From assembly GCA_946965045.2 (NCBI GenBank), contig OX337238.1, positions 496,001-560,000 on the forward strand: a stretch of DNA of 64,000 nucleotides, in the 5' to 3' direction. The number at the start of each line of letters is the position of its first letter. Position 1 is the stretch's first letter. The stretch is from Epithemia pelagica. Its lineage: Eukaryota; Protista; Bacillariophyta. The translations under genes were made by a program, and so were the position numbers. The notes beneath the pieces were generated by a model. It saw only the letters and a list, made by a program, of their open reading frames with translations. It was not told the origin of the DNA and searched no databases. This document shows positions 33,401 to 45,380 of this stretch, piece by piece.

Positions 33401-35474
33401 TGGCGGCTCCACCACCGACGAGCATGAGGGCACACATGATGACATCGATCCAAATTTCCTTGATGATGATGCACCAAATGAATATCACACTGACAGCAAC
33501 GACGAGCTGCCAGGAGTGAATGGTGATGGCAGCGAAAATGCAGGAGTGAACGAAAACGACGAGGCTCCAGCAAGTGGTGATAACGACGAGGAATTTGACG
33601 GGGACACCATGGACGCAAGTGAAACCACAGGAGTGAATGATGAAGGAGCGTCTTCATCGCGACCACGAAGAGCCACTCGCCCCCCAAGCCGATACCAAGA
33701 CTATCAAATGATGGAGATAGAATGTGGTGAACAAGGTGCCAGAATCATCGCCACTGTCATGGAATACCTCCTCCACCAGCACCACATCGTGCGGCATCAC
33801 TCACATGCACAAACATATAGTCTCAAGAAAGGACTGGCAAAGTTTGGCCAGCGTGGATACGATGGAGCGTTCAAGGAAATGCAGCAACTCCATGATCGTA
33901 CCTGTTTTCGCCCACTCCATGCGAGGGATCTCACAGATACAGAACGAGCACGGGTCATCGAAAGCCTGTTCTTTCTCACAGAAAAGAGAGATGGACGAAT
34001 CAAGGGCAGAACATGCGCTAATGGGAGTGTTCAGCGCGCGTGGATGGGACGAGAAGACGCATCCAGCCCAACGGCAACCACGGAAGGCGTGCTGATCACA
34101 GCCGCCATTGATGCCCATGAACAACGAGATGTACGTGTGGCAGACATCCCTAACGCCTTCATTCAGACGGCAGTCCCTGGAGCACCAGCAGCCAAAGGAC
34201 ATCGTATCATCATGCGAATACGTGGGCCGCTCGTAGACATGCTCCTCAAAATGAATTACAGCCTGTATGCACCCTACGTCGTACAAGAGAGAAATGAAAA
34301 GGTCTTATATGTGGAGGTTATCAAGGCAATCTATGGGATGCTACAGTCAGCCTTGTTGTTTTACAAAAAGCTAAGAAAAGACTTGGAGAGCATCGGATTC
34401 AAAGTGAATCCGTATGATCCATGTATAGCCAACAGAATGGTCGACGGCAAACAACAAACGGTAACGTGGCACGTGGACGATTTAAAAATCAGCCACAAGT
34501 CTGCAAAAGTCAATGACCGGTTGCTCAGTTGGCTAGAAAAACAGTATGGTGATCCAAAAATCGGAAAGATCAAGGGGTCAAAGGGACTTGTGCATGACTA
34601 TCTCGGAATCAACCTCGACTACACCAAAACGGGAGTGGTTAAGGTCGACATGCGTTCATACGTCAAGGACATACTCAACGACCATGACGAAAAGGAAATC
34701 AAGGAAGGGCAAGCATCGCAGCCATGGACCGATGGCTTATTCAAGATTGATGAATCTCGGAGAAAACTCGACTCAGACAAACAGGACCAATTCCATACCA
34801 CAGTGGCCAAAGCTCTCTTCCTCACAAAGCGCGGCAGGCCAGATATCTTGCCAGCAGTGGCGTTTTTATGCACACGGGTCAAGGGAGCCACAGAGCAGGA
34901 TTGGAGTAAACTGATTCGTTTGTTGCGATTCTTATACAAGACAAAGGATGATGTGCTTGAACTGTCCATCGACAACCTCAGCATCATCAAATGGTATGTT
35001 GATGCAGCATTTGCTGTCCATGGTGATATGCGAAGTCACACAGGAGCGATGATGACTCTCGGAAAGGGGGCAATACAGGCGATATCAACGAAACAAAAGC
35101 TTAATACACGAAGTTCGACAGAAGCCGAAATAGTTGGGGGAGACGACACCTTAGCCCAAGTCATGTGGACGAAGAAGTTTGTTGAAGCGCAGGGTTACCC
35201 CATCACCCAGAATATTATGTATCGCGACAATCAGAGCGCAATGAAGATTGAGGAAAATGGTCGTTCCAGTGTCGGAAAGCGCAGCCGTCATCTCGATATT
35301 CGCTTCTTCTTTATCACAGACCTGATCAACAAGAAGGAAGTGCAAATCGAGTATTGCCCAACGGATCACCTAGTCGGGGACTATATGACAAAACCATTGG
35401 TGGGTAGCAAATTTCGTGAGTTTCGGGCTCAAGTCATGGGCTGGAAGGCACCCAGTTATCCAACGTCAAAATAA
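30477..35474 (+). CDS. Gag-Pol polyprotein (zinc knuckle, protease, integrase, RT, RNase H), 1665 aa
   Basis: CYCCGEAGHIATNC; ILLDNQST; HCDNEF...HVPEAERNIR; ADIPNAFIQ, YGMLQS, WHVDDL; YVDAAFAVH...STEAEI...DNQSA; IN precedes RT (copia order). Confidence 0.95.
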   Translation: MSGRGGRGYRRGIARKAGRGGAPIGASVSKKEVTDYFFYLGSAKQASDYETTSEFLINHIRKTYTYGNDIGTALETLTETDLDSHKPKLELYTKADLDDDDARAVANEQNKMEFKADYDLFRKRKTAYEDNRTKAYAFLWERCTKGMQAKLEARTDFTTVKGDPLKLLAAIKQHALSYQDHRYGMSIILDALRVFLNTKQKENESLHDFTKRFRTASDVLVSHLGGPLLMQKYTSELSTWPKAHTGTPSSAEIAERKSKIKLCQEEAYKHFTAFVFLTNTDQAKYGSLVTGLSTQQSLGNDQYPKSMIEAANVLSNHRFDNAGNGKGKDKSEKETRQQPSDETNEGNDTPLTLSFAQALQGRCYCCGEAGHIATNCPERNKPKSEWAINKAKGLDQAHAQQIAGSLAGTPDVLEDDDDTGSIGAATQATNTSSRSSRPGWCGAHVQFYQAGEMRDWILLDNQSTTSIFCNRHLVKDVRPTTEPMELMTNGGRLVTTERATVPDFGEVWFNPKAITNILSLHDVTKKYRVSYDSDGEPAFLVHVPGEPVRFQQSPAGLFYFKPSYSTANVSHVTTVEELKQLYTDRQVKRATRARDLLHALGNPSLSDLKAVLKMNAIANNPVTTSDLAIAEHIFGPDVGSLKGKLTHRPPLPVLDNYIELPIELTDAHHNVTLCMDTMKVNGLAFLTSVSRNLQYRTAEWVPNTLAQTYASRFRVICDLYRNGGYALTKVHCDNEFRAMFTRFPVEGVTPNYANPNDHVPEAERNIRVLKERIRATFHRLPFTSLPKLMLKILVMESAKKLNFFPAKGGVSPYYSPRALLHRVGLDYDKHCRFSFGDYVQARQDNHPTNSLKARTLDCIYLRFTANQQGGHELMDLHTGRLITRGHVVGVPLTEHVIKAVNAMAAAEGMPDGLKVTTKSGTILYDSAWLAGVHHDNDDPTNDDNDDPTNDNPANPDDADDPDDNDDPNGTPIVDDGGSTTDEHEGTHDDIDPNFLDDDAPNEYHTDSNDELPGVNGDGSENAGVNENDEAPASGDNDEEFDGDTMDASETTGVNDEGASSSRPRRATRPPSRYQDYQMMEIECGEQGARIIATVMEYLLHQHHIVRHHSHAQTYSLKKGLAKFGQRGYDGAFKEMQQLHDRTCFRPLHARDLTDTERARVIESLFFLTEKRDGRIKGRTCANGSVQRAWMGREDASSPTATTEGVLITAAIDAHEQRDVRVADIPNAFIQTAVPGAPAAKGHRIIMRIRGPLVDMLLKMNYSLYAPYVVQERNEKVLYVEVIKAIYGMLQSALLFYKKLRKDLESIGFKVNPYDPCIANRMVDGKQQTVTWHVDDLKISHKSAKVNDRLLSWLEKQYGDPKIGKIKGSKGLVHDYLGINLDYTKTGVVKVDMRSYVKDILNDHDEKEIKEGQASQPWTDGLFKIDESRRKLDSDKQDQFHTTVAKALFLTKRGRPDILPAVAFLCTRVKGATEQDWSKLIRLLRFLYKTKDDVLELSIDNLSIIKWYVDAAFAVHGDMRSHTGAMMTLGKGAIQAISTKQKLNTRSSTEAEIVGGDDTLAQVMWTKKFVEAQGYPITQNIMYRDNQSAMKIEENGRSSVGKRSRHLDIRFFFITDLINKKEVQIEYCPTDHLVGDYMTKPLVGSKFREFRAQVMGWKAPSYPTSK

Positions 35475-35563
35475 CCGGAGCAACAGACTGACAATAAAGA
35501 CAAGAGGCACCTAGGGTCCGCTACATCTCCTATCCACGATGACGGTGATGAACGGCAGGAGTG

Positions 35564-35790
35564 TGTTGGAACAAGAAGCAAAACGAACACCCAACCGAAG
35601 TAGCCCAGCAGGATTTCTCAGTCACAAATGTACGATCACCAATGACCCACGAGGGCAGCACAAACAAACAGTTAGCAATAATCATTCTTTTAGTTTTACA
35701 TGGTATCTCACAGACAGGACGGCTGTGGTTACTAGAGAACAGAATAAGGGACGCGGCCTTGAGAAGGCCATCAGATACGTTCGTTCAACA
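35564..35790 (+). repeat. 3' LTR of copia element 1
   Basis: Matches 30225-30451; followed by TSD GTCTG. Confidence 0.97.
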
Positions 35791-37001
35791 GTCTGGGTCC
35801 TTGATGGATATTATTGATACCTACCAAGAGTATATATCATCCTGTTTGTGTTGGTTGGGAGGAGTGTGGTGTGGTGTGGATGAGCAAGGCGTGCTTTTGT
35901 TTGGTCGGTGGCGGAACATCAACGAGAGTGTGTGACGGTCCTGTCTGCATGTTGCACATTTAGGTAAAAGCAAACACGGTTTCGTCACCCCCTACCTTTC
36001 AACGCCATTATTCGTCCTTCAATGCTTCGCCCCCCTTTTTGGATGCTGCGGAACCAAGGCAACTCTCACACTCATCAGCAAATGACGACGATTTGGTCGA
36101 GGCAGAAGACCAACCACCATGGCAAGAGACGTGGATTTGGTTTGGACATTGGCCAGCTGCATCAGAAGACTCATTGTCACTTGACGACAGCCAACAGCTT
36201 TCCATGACTGTCAAACAAGCACAAGCATTCATTGCTTATCTTGTCAGTACTAAAATCTCGACAAGGATATGTTGGCCGTGCCATACGGTGAACGAACACT
36301 CTCTCTCGTTGGTGAAAGACATGCTGGTAGTGCCACGGTCCCAAGTCCGAACTATTGCTGGAGGTCCTTCATTAGCAGACTGGGTCTCTCTCTAGAAGGA
36401 CGACCCGGCCAATGTGTGGGGAAAGAAGAAACGACTACTGCTGGTTCATGCACATGAACACTTTCTACAAAGCCACACCATCTCTTGACATGTAGTTCTA
36501 CGCAATCTCGTAGCAAATAGTTTGGCTGTTGAACAGATTGAACATGAGAAGAACATGACAAGAGACGCAGTGGTCGAGGAGCGATCTGGCCTTATACATG
36601 TATCGTTCACAATCTTTCTCACTTCTCAGCCTCCTCTCCAGCGCCTTGTTGTGGCTTGTCTGGTTTCGTAAAGTTGTAGACTTTTGTATTCGAAGTGTGC
36701 TTCACGGAATGACCAGTTCTTGTCCGTCTCTCATTCAGTTTCATAATCTCGGCGACAAAAGGACGACTGATCGCAGAAAAATTACATGCCACTCGCCCCC
36801 AGTGTCCGTCGAGAGAAAAAACTGGCCACCGCGCCCCCAGAAGACACGCAGAACATGGTGTTCTCTTTGCCAGATTTTTTGGGTTTTTGGGGGGGTCCAT
36901 CATAATCATAACAACGTCTGTATCTCCAAAACGTTAACGAATATACTCATTATTGTATCTAATACAAGGACTGTCACACCTTGATTCGTTCATGAACAAC
37001 C

Positions 37002-39105
37002 ATGGTGTTTGGTGGTAAGTGTAAAGGCAGAGAGTTGTGAAAGCAAGGGAGCAACGAAGTAGACCGTGTCACTCATTTTTTGGCGCTGGTCTTGTTTCGA
37101 ATCTGTCATGTTTTTGTGATCATCCTTTGTCATCTTAGATTGTGGTGGATGTTTTCTCAATTATGAGCAAAAGTTTGCTCTATGGGATGCCTGCAATGAG
37201 GTTCCCTTACAACCCGAAAAGATCAAAAAGCTAATCTCCAAACACCCATCCACCGTGCATCAAATCTTCAATGAGGACTTGCCCCTCCATCGAGCCTGTG
37301 CCAATACTTGCGACTCGAACAAATCCAGTCTCGATGTCATTATAGCCTTGGTCAAGGCATGGCCCGAATCCATCAAAATACCTGGAAATGGGGGAAACTT
37401 TGCAATTCACATGGCCTGTCGAGCCGATAGTCCCTTGCACGTGATTCAGTATCTCTTGCGACGATGGCCGGAATCCATCCAAATACGAAATGCATCCTAT
37501 TTGGCGGGTATACCCTTGCATTTGGCCTGTGATGAAGGAGCTCCCTTGAATGTCATTCAGTTTCTCGTGGAGCAATGGCCGGAATCACTCCAATGCAAAG
37601 CACAAGAAGCCTCCCGGACACCTCTTCATTTGGCCTGCTTCAACTTTGCGCGCAATAGCAAAGTGTCCTCCTCCTTTGAGGAGGGCGCCATCCAGTACCT
37701 GGTCCGTGCCGATCCAGAGGCTGCCAAAGAAGAAGATAGTTTTGGCCGACTACCGGTCGAGTTGGTATTTGGAGGGACGCGCGACAATTATTTGGAGTTG
37801 GTCCAATGCTTGGTGGAAGCACATCCCGCATCGGTCCAGCGAACCAACGATGACGGTGAAACACTGTTGCACATTGCCTGTGCCACCAAGGCACCCGTGG
37901 AAGTGGTCGAGTATTTGCTGAATCAATGGCCACAGGCCTCCGAGGTGGCCAACAACAAGGGAGAATTACCCCTGCACTTGGCCTGTGCTCCGGGCCGAGA
38001 ACCCTTTGGAACCACATCGGCACCCCTGGAAACCTTTGACCGACCCGTCGTGGCCATTCAAAAAGTCTTGAATGCCTTTCGGGATGGCTGTACCATGGGA
38101 ACCTACAACACGGAAAATCTTCCTCTTCATTTGGCCTGTGAGGCTGGTCTGTCGATTGAGACAATCATTATGATTGCTCTGGCCAATCGCGACACCATCA
38201 AGTCGGTCAACTCCAAGGGGGAACTCCCATTACACAAGGCGTGTGAATATGCCCATGGATCCATGGAGTTGGCCAGGTACTTGACCATTACGGGGGAATC
38301 GAGGGGGGAATCCTTGGGTGATGGCCATGCGTCTGTGGACGAGTCGTCTCCGCATGCATTTCCGTCATCTTCTCACCTTCATGGACCTCTCCATTCCTCA
38401 CAAGGGCGAGTTCACAATATTAAAAACTTTGAAGTCATCAAATATCTGGTGGATCTGTGGCCCGGTGCCCTTTCCTGTCGAAACGCGGAGGGGAAAACTC
38501 CATCGGAAATTACCAGCTTGAAAGCAATTGCCAATCTACACGATATCCAAATCAATGAACAAGATTATCTTCCAATACGGACTGCTACTGCTTCCAATCC
38601 TACCATGACGGATTCCAAACAGGCAGCAACCGCGATCCAACCACTATCGATAGCAGCGGTTCCTACCAAGACGAGTGCGGTACCGCAACAACATGCACTC
38701 ACGACGCTGGCCGCTCAACACCACGACAACTTCAGAACTTCTCCCATGGCGACATCTACGACATCGGGCACTGCTGGTCCCGAGGGAGACTCGGACCTGA
38801 GCGCCGACTTTGGTCTGTTTGGACCAGCCGAACAGTCTCTGGATCGTCTGGCCGCGCAACATATGGATGACAGCATGAAAAAAAGTCCCGAATCAGTCCC
38901 CGTCAGTCCATCTGTACAACCGGAGCTTGTCCATCTAACACCGGGATCCATGGGCCAAGAGTCCATTACATCGAGGGATTCTCTTTATGAACGCTCTCTC
39001 CCCGACACTGCCGTAGTTCCTCCTGCTTTGGTGGTAGAAGAAGAAGGAGAAGACCAGACACCAATCGCCAAGCATCCGACTGAGGCAGTGTCGTCCAACG
39101 CATAA
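37002..39105 (+). CDS. Ankyrin-repeat protein; exons 37002-37014 and 37139-39105
   Basis: Repeated LPLHxAC / TPLHLAC motifs with VIQYL..WPES; short first exon ATGGTGTTTGGTG followed by GTAAGT, acceptor TTAG at 37138 in frame. Confidence 0.85.
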
Positions 39106-39475
39106 CTCAGTTGATGGCATAGAGTGGGAGTTTGATTCTTATATGACATCCATGAAAAGCCATATGCCAATTTGTACTTGTTGTTTCTATTAACTGATTT
39201 CTAGAGTGCATAACTACTCTGATGAGCAGGCTTGTTGTTTCTATTCACTGATGTATAGAATGCATAACTGCTCTGTGAGATCACGCTGTTACCAACATTG
39301 TGTGGGAGACTCTCGTCTGGTCTGCGATTGGCGGGGCAGCAAAGTTCTTTTCGTCAAGAAGCAATCGCTCAATGTACGGGCATCGATCACGTATGGACAT
39401 GCTTTGTAAACTTGCGGTCCCGTGGCCATTCTCTGCGAGAGAAAGGGCAGTCCATGAACAATCCGAGATGGGCGG

Positions 39476-42400
39476 TTAATCAACAGATCCATCGTCAAAA
39501 CTGACTTGTTTTTCAGCACTTTGGGCCAAGGATCCATCGTCACTGACTTGCTTTTCAGAGCTCCCGGGTTTGGAATCTACGAGTGTTTCGTTCTGCGTCG
39601 ATGACATGGCAGCCCCTCTTTCTTCGTTGGGAGACGCCGGACCGTCGTCCCCATCCCAATCTAGAGACACACGGTCCAGATACGTCTTCAGCTTGGCTAC
39701 TTGCCGGCTCATTTGATCCCATTCATTTTTCGACAGTGGTCGTCCACATGCACTGGATACGAAAAGAGCGTTGGTTAGGGAATGGTTCGAAAAAGCTCAT
39801 ACAAGCCCATGCCGGTGAGTCCAACGTACCATTTTTCGCTAATGATTCGAAGTAATGTATACAGCTGATGAATTTGCATTTCAATGCCCTGTGGTAGCGC
39901 ATCATTCTTTCCCACCACAATGGGACTTCCTGCCAGGAACGTCTTTTGAGGCTGTCCTCCTTTCTCGCTGGATATAGTCGAATCGGAATCTTCGTCCATG
40001 TTACCATAGGCTTTGAGCAACTTGCCCACGACAATTTTTTCACCTCGTCTCGCACGCATAATCTTGGGATACACCAGATTGAAAATCACAAGGCAGGATA
40101 TGCCAATGAACGTGATACATCGCAAAAAAGCCTGTCGAGGAAGACCAAAGAAAGGCACTGATGAGTCACGAGATGATCCAACACCCAAATGTCCCAATGG
40201 TTTATGCTTACCGATGAATCAGGCGACGTGGTAGGATCCTCGATCATCTCCACAACCATCTATCGAGAAAGAAAGGACAGAGGCAGAGGTTAGACACTTG
40301 TATGTATGTAAAGAGGGCAGACCGCCAGTGGCAACGACACAACTTACAACATTGATCAAAAGCAACAGAGACGAGATGATTGCTGTGTTGAAGATCGCAT
40401 CCTTCTCGTTAAAGATGGACGGGAATTCTCGTCCCTGCCATGCCAAGAGAACCGCCAAGCCATACATGAGGGCTGTGAGGACAAGGCCCGCTATGGAGAC
40501 CCAATCCCATTCACGATCGCAAAAGTATCGTCCCACCCGATTGGAATCGTCCAGGACCAATTCGAGACTGGGCTTGTACGTAATATCTCCGGCGGTCTGC
40601 AATACCACTTCCGGAAGCACGAGAAACAAAACCAGTTGCATGGATTCCGTGCCACTGGCCGTTTGTCGCAAATGCGACTGTCGACCATGCCGCCGCCGTG
40701 TCGACCGCTCATCGCGACAACCGGGAATCAAGGTCAACAGTGGCAGTTTGGCAAAGAAGGAAAGTACGTTTACCATTCGACCCAGTATATTCCAACTTCC
40801 CACATCCAATATTTGACTCAAGCGATTGGAGCGTCGAGGAGTGGTAGCCTCCGTCTCGTCGCGAGACGTGTTTCGTCCCAACTGAACGGTCCCCGACAAT
40901 GTGACATAGACTCGCCACAGTCTGGCTACGAGAATGGCTCCCATGAGAGTAAAGGGGAAAATAACGAGTGGACCCCAGGCTATGCAATACCAATCTTCCT
41001 CTGGCATAAAGACAAAGGTAAAGGTACCACCCACCAAGGCGGCCACCAAGAGTCCAGCCAAGAAGGATCCTTGTGCCAATCGAATTGCGGCGTGTGTACG
41101 GTAAATGTACAAAAAGACCAGCATGGCCACCACAATGGCATCATAAACACCAATCAGGACAAAAATAAATATCCGCATGCTGGGCGTCATTTCCAGAATT
41201 TCTGGTTCGGGTTGTACATTCACAATGGACACCTACAAAAGTGACGCAAGACAAGAAAAGGCTCATGGTAAGTAAAATAGCACTGGGTTAGGAAGAAAAA
41301 CAGACGTCGAACCATGTCACTCACATCTCCCTGTGACGTCGTGTCCAGCCGCTTGACAGTGACTTCGCCGCCGTCATTGGCTACCATGACCAGTAGAGTA
41401 TGGACGACCAATCGATACAATCCTAGGGGTGTTTCGCGAGGAACGCGTAATCGAACGTCGACCGGATCGAGGGCAACAGTTCTGGAATCGGCATCAACTT
41501 CCGTGGTCGATGGCAAGGCCCAATTGGAAAACACCATTTTCCGTTTCTTATCCACGGTTCCCACGAGCGTCGTTGAGTCGGTCAGGACCACAACTGTCGA
41601 ATTGCTGTCATTCTCTTTGGGATCGGGTACGACTGGATTGCAATACCCACTTTTCAGGGCATTGCACAGGACAAAGCGAAAAAAGAGCGACGCCGAAAAG
41701 GAGGCATCGGATTCGGGTTGGGGAAACAAGTCCGAGGCATTGGTTTGGACTTGCAGTCGAAAGGTATAGGGCAAGCTCCGAAAGAGGCTGGATTGTTGTT
41801 CCAAATCCAGGGCCTCCAATGTCACAAATGTGCCATTGAAACAAGAACTCAATAATTGCACATCCTGCCGATCCAAGTCGGTGCCCTCTAAATGCCTGGT
41901 CCGGAATCCTGGAGCACTGCTTTCCCCTGAAGACGTTGGGGTGGAGGACCCAGTTGTTCCTCTCGAACCCTCCGTGGATGATGACCCCGTGCTTCCTCTC
42001 GAACCCTCCGTGGATACTGTTGAACCCGGGCCTTCGCTCGAAGTCCTCGGAGATGCTGTCCCACTACTTTCCGTCGACGACGAGGTGGTGCCTGATGAGA
42101 ATGCCGTCTCGGCGGCAAACAGTGCATCGTCCAACTCGGCCAAGATCTGTGCCGCCGCATCAATTCCATCGACATCGGTTTCATCTTGGACCGAATTGAC
42201 ATCTTCAATCAAACCAAAAATTGGAGAATCCTCGGCAGGAGGTACGGCGACTGGCCCTTGTTGGTCGCCGTCTGATTCCGATCGGTCTCCATCCTCGTTG
42301 TCCGATTGGTCCCCCTCGGCTGGTTGCCTGCCATTGTCAGAATAGGGGGCCTGCAGTTCGGCAAAAATGCAAACTGGTTCTTCTCCATCGACATCAATTC

Positions 42401-42497
42401 CATTTTCGGTGCCATACACCGAGAATCCCACAACAACTCGAATGACATGGCCGTGGAGTAAGAAAAGCAACAGTGTTGCAGGAGACCAACCACGCAT
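39476..42497 (-). CDS. Class C-like (GABA-B / 7tm_3-type) GPCR with signal peptide and S/T-rich ectodomain; multi-exon, 3' exons approximate
   Basis: Signal peptide MRGWSPATLLLFLLHG; helices following IRLAQGSFL, YCIAW...ILVARLWRV, GRYFC, AWQGREFPSIFNEKDAI (P..FNE class C motif). Confidence 0.7.
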
Positions 42498-45239
42498 CGT
42501 AACTCTTGTTGATAAGGGTGTAGTAGTTCCTTGTATTTTTGCAAACAATCAGAGCGATTCTCTTTTTGGTTCACACACAGAGTCTTCTCCGTCCTTATTA
42601 GGGTCGCAGGTCGCAGGACACAACTTTCACGCAGGAACAAACCAGTCAAGAGATAACAGACACAAAGAGATAGAAGACACACGATCGCAAGACGTTGCTT
42701 GTCTCATCTCTCGCAGGTTTGTTCGGTTGCTTTGTTCCCAAGCTTTTTGGATTTTGGAGGAAGGAGGAGAACGGAAGGAGCGCGAGGCGAGGGAGGGCAG
42801 TAACATTAATTTTAAATAGCCTTACTTTCTGTTGCTATACAGATATTCAGGATGTTTATTGCGGTGACACAAAGCGGTACTGAGGCTATTGTAAAAATCA
42901 CCTAGCAAAACCACCCGTTGAAATCGCCCCAGAGAATCGTTCCTTCTACGCCCCACGCGCCCCTATATTGATGTGTGACTCAAATACGTCACGGGACTGG
43001 AAAACTCAACACGTCACCGCAACAAAGTTTATTCGACTGCCTCTCAAATTCCAAATTCCAAACGCCCGCAACATTTTCCTTCCCCGACGCATGAACAAGG
43101 ATGATCACCAATGAAGCCAATGGCAAAACCAAATGCGAAGACTCCATTCGATCTTGGAAGAGTCCCTCCTCATGAATCATCGAATGTTTGCATAACGTGT
43201 CGACCGAGGAGGACGGCATCGTTGCCCTACCTCCAGAGTTCACGCGCATGTCATCTGCGGAAGGAACCTTCGGCGGATGGTGCACCACTGCTGCGCATTC
43301 CAACCAACAAAAGATTCCACAGACGACAAGTTTTTGTCTGGAGGCCATGTGTTCTTGAGATACTCCGTAGGCGGTAACAGGTATTTGCTTTGCTCCCCGC
43401 CCCTCTAGAAAACTATCTGCATCTTGCTCCTGTTCCATAGTCCTCCATGAATCATTACAGCTGTCATGAGTCATGACCTCTAAGGGTCACACTCGTCCTC
43501 CCATCTACTCCTATGTTTTGGATTCGTTCAAGGACCATCAAGTAGTCCGCGATTGCTTTTCGCACGAACGAGAGAGCACCGACTTCGCATAAAGGAGTCC
43601 CGGGGGATCGCCCTCGTCCGCGACTCCCCCAAGCCCCGAATCCCGAACCGAAAATTTTGTCGAGACGGCGCATCCAACAAACAAAAGAAAAATCGAAATG
43701 GACCATGTCGGGGTTGCGGTTTGAACGACCGGTGGGGGCCGGTGCGGACGCCAAAGAGCTCGAATATGTCATTGCCTTGCAACAAACATCGAAAGAAACG
43801 CGGTCCAACGCCAGTGTTTCGTCGGCGGATATCTTGGCCTTGTTGCGCAGTCGATATTCCATGAACCACTTGTCCCATGAACAACTCATTCAAGTCGTTC
43901 AGGCGTTTGGTGGTGGAGATACTCAGGTCGACGAACCATCCAAAGGAGAGGATGCCTCCTCCTTGTCCAAGTTTACCAAAAAGAGCAACGAGGTTCTCGG
44001 AGACGTCTTTGGCAAAGTCAAGAACCGATTGCATTTACCCCACCACAGCAGCCACAGCCAGGATAGCGACGTGGATGCCGCCAACCGCTCTGCCGGCGAA
44101 GGAGAAGGCGGCATTCGACGCTCGGAGAATTCCAACGTAAAGTCTTCCAACGAAAAAATCTCCAAGTTGATGAAACAATTGACTCATTTGCACGCAAGAC
44201 ACCAACAAGGGGCTCACGACGACGATCAGACCATGCACAGTCTTCGAGAGCTCATCACAGCAGACCTCAAGGCAAAGGTTCTAGAACGAGCCAAGTCCTC
44301 ACAAAATCTTGTTATTCCCCCAGATAATGACGATGACAATGAGAATGACGAGAATGATAAAGATAATGCAAGTACAGAGTCAATGGAAATCCAGTTTGTT
44401 CCAGAAACAGTGACTAAGAGGACGAGGAGGAAGAAAACGAAGTCGAAGCAGAAGCAGAAGCAGAAGCAGAAGATGCAAAATTAAATGATATTCGTCCTTC
44501 GGTAATATCATCGATTGGAACTTCTACTGAGACGAATCAAAGTGCTTCTTTTGATCCGTTGGCTAAAGGAGACATTGAAGAAGATTGTGACGCAAGAAAA
44601 AATGTTTCGTTCTGTGTCTCTATCGAAGAGGAAGCAGAAAGTGAAGGTGTGAAGCTAGCTCCATCTGTTGAATTCCTGGATCTCGTTCAGATCGTCTCCA
44701 CCATATTAATACCTTGCTTCTCGAGACTTGTGCACTCTTATCATAACAGCTCTGGATCAGACACTCACGTTGGACTTGATGAACCCGCCGGACATGATTC
44801 GACACGAAACAAAACTGATACGGCGCAACATCCTTCTCTTTTCTCTCGTCTGGGCAATCGCTTCATTTCGTATGGACGACGGAAACTTCAAATGGCGGAT
44901 GATACACCGTCTCCTTTCTCGGACAAGGAGATTCTTGCCATGGCCCGAAAAGCTCTGTTAGAACCCATACCGGGTGACGACGATCCTGTAGTGGACGAAA
45001 CACTTGTCCAACTTTTGCTCATTTGCCACGGGGAAATTGAACGAGCTAATAATGACGAGCTTGTGAAGGAAATGGTAGAGCTAGCAAACTCGGATTCTGG
45101 ATTCTTTGACGACCAAGCTCTGGTCCGAGCGATTTCTTCGGATCTCAAGGCTTGGAATCCCACTTGTGAAGAAACTCCCACTACCTTCTTTTATGATGTA
45201 TTTGGTGTTCCTCTGCCCACCATGAAGACGCGTCTCGTA

Positions 45240-45380
45240 CGTTCCGAGACACAAGAGGAACAGTTTGCACGCTCTAAGTCACAAGAGGAACTATTTGAAC
45301 GCTCTAAGTCACAAGAGGAACTATTTGGACGCTCTAAGTCACAAGAGGAACTGTTTGGACGTACTAAGTCACAAGAGGAA
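45240..45380 (+). repeat. 30-bp coding tandem repeat, ~4.7 copies (RSKSQEELF[E/G])
   Basis: CGCTCTAAGTCACAAGAGGAACTATTTG(A/G)A units at 45240, 45270, 45300, 45330, 45360. Confidence 0.9.

Larger units (their letters stand above)
30225..35790 (+). mobile_element. Full-length Ty1/copia LTR retrotransposon (diatom CoDi-type), 5566 bp
   Basis: 227-bp LTRs 30225-30451 and 35564-35790 (TG...CA, identical by eye), 5-bp TSD GTCTG, single gag-pol ORF, purine-rich tract before the 3' LTR. Confidence 0.97.

Noticed and set aside
35940-36980. Short ORFs between copia 1 and the ankyrin gene
   Set aside because: No coherent reading frame or domain signature
45240-45380. Regularly spaced repeats as a possible CRISPR array
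   Set aside because: Contiguous 30-bp coding tandem repeat with no unique spacers; no cas operon, and the VapD/Cas2-like ORF is 25 kb away
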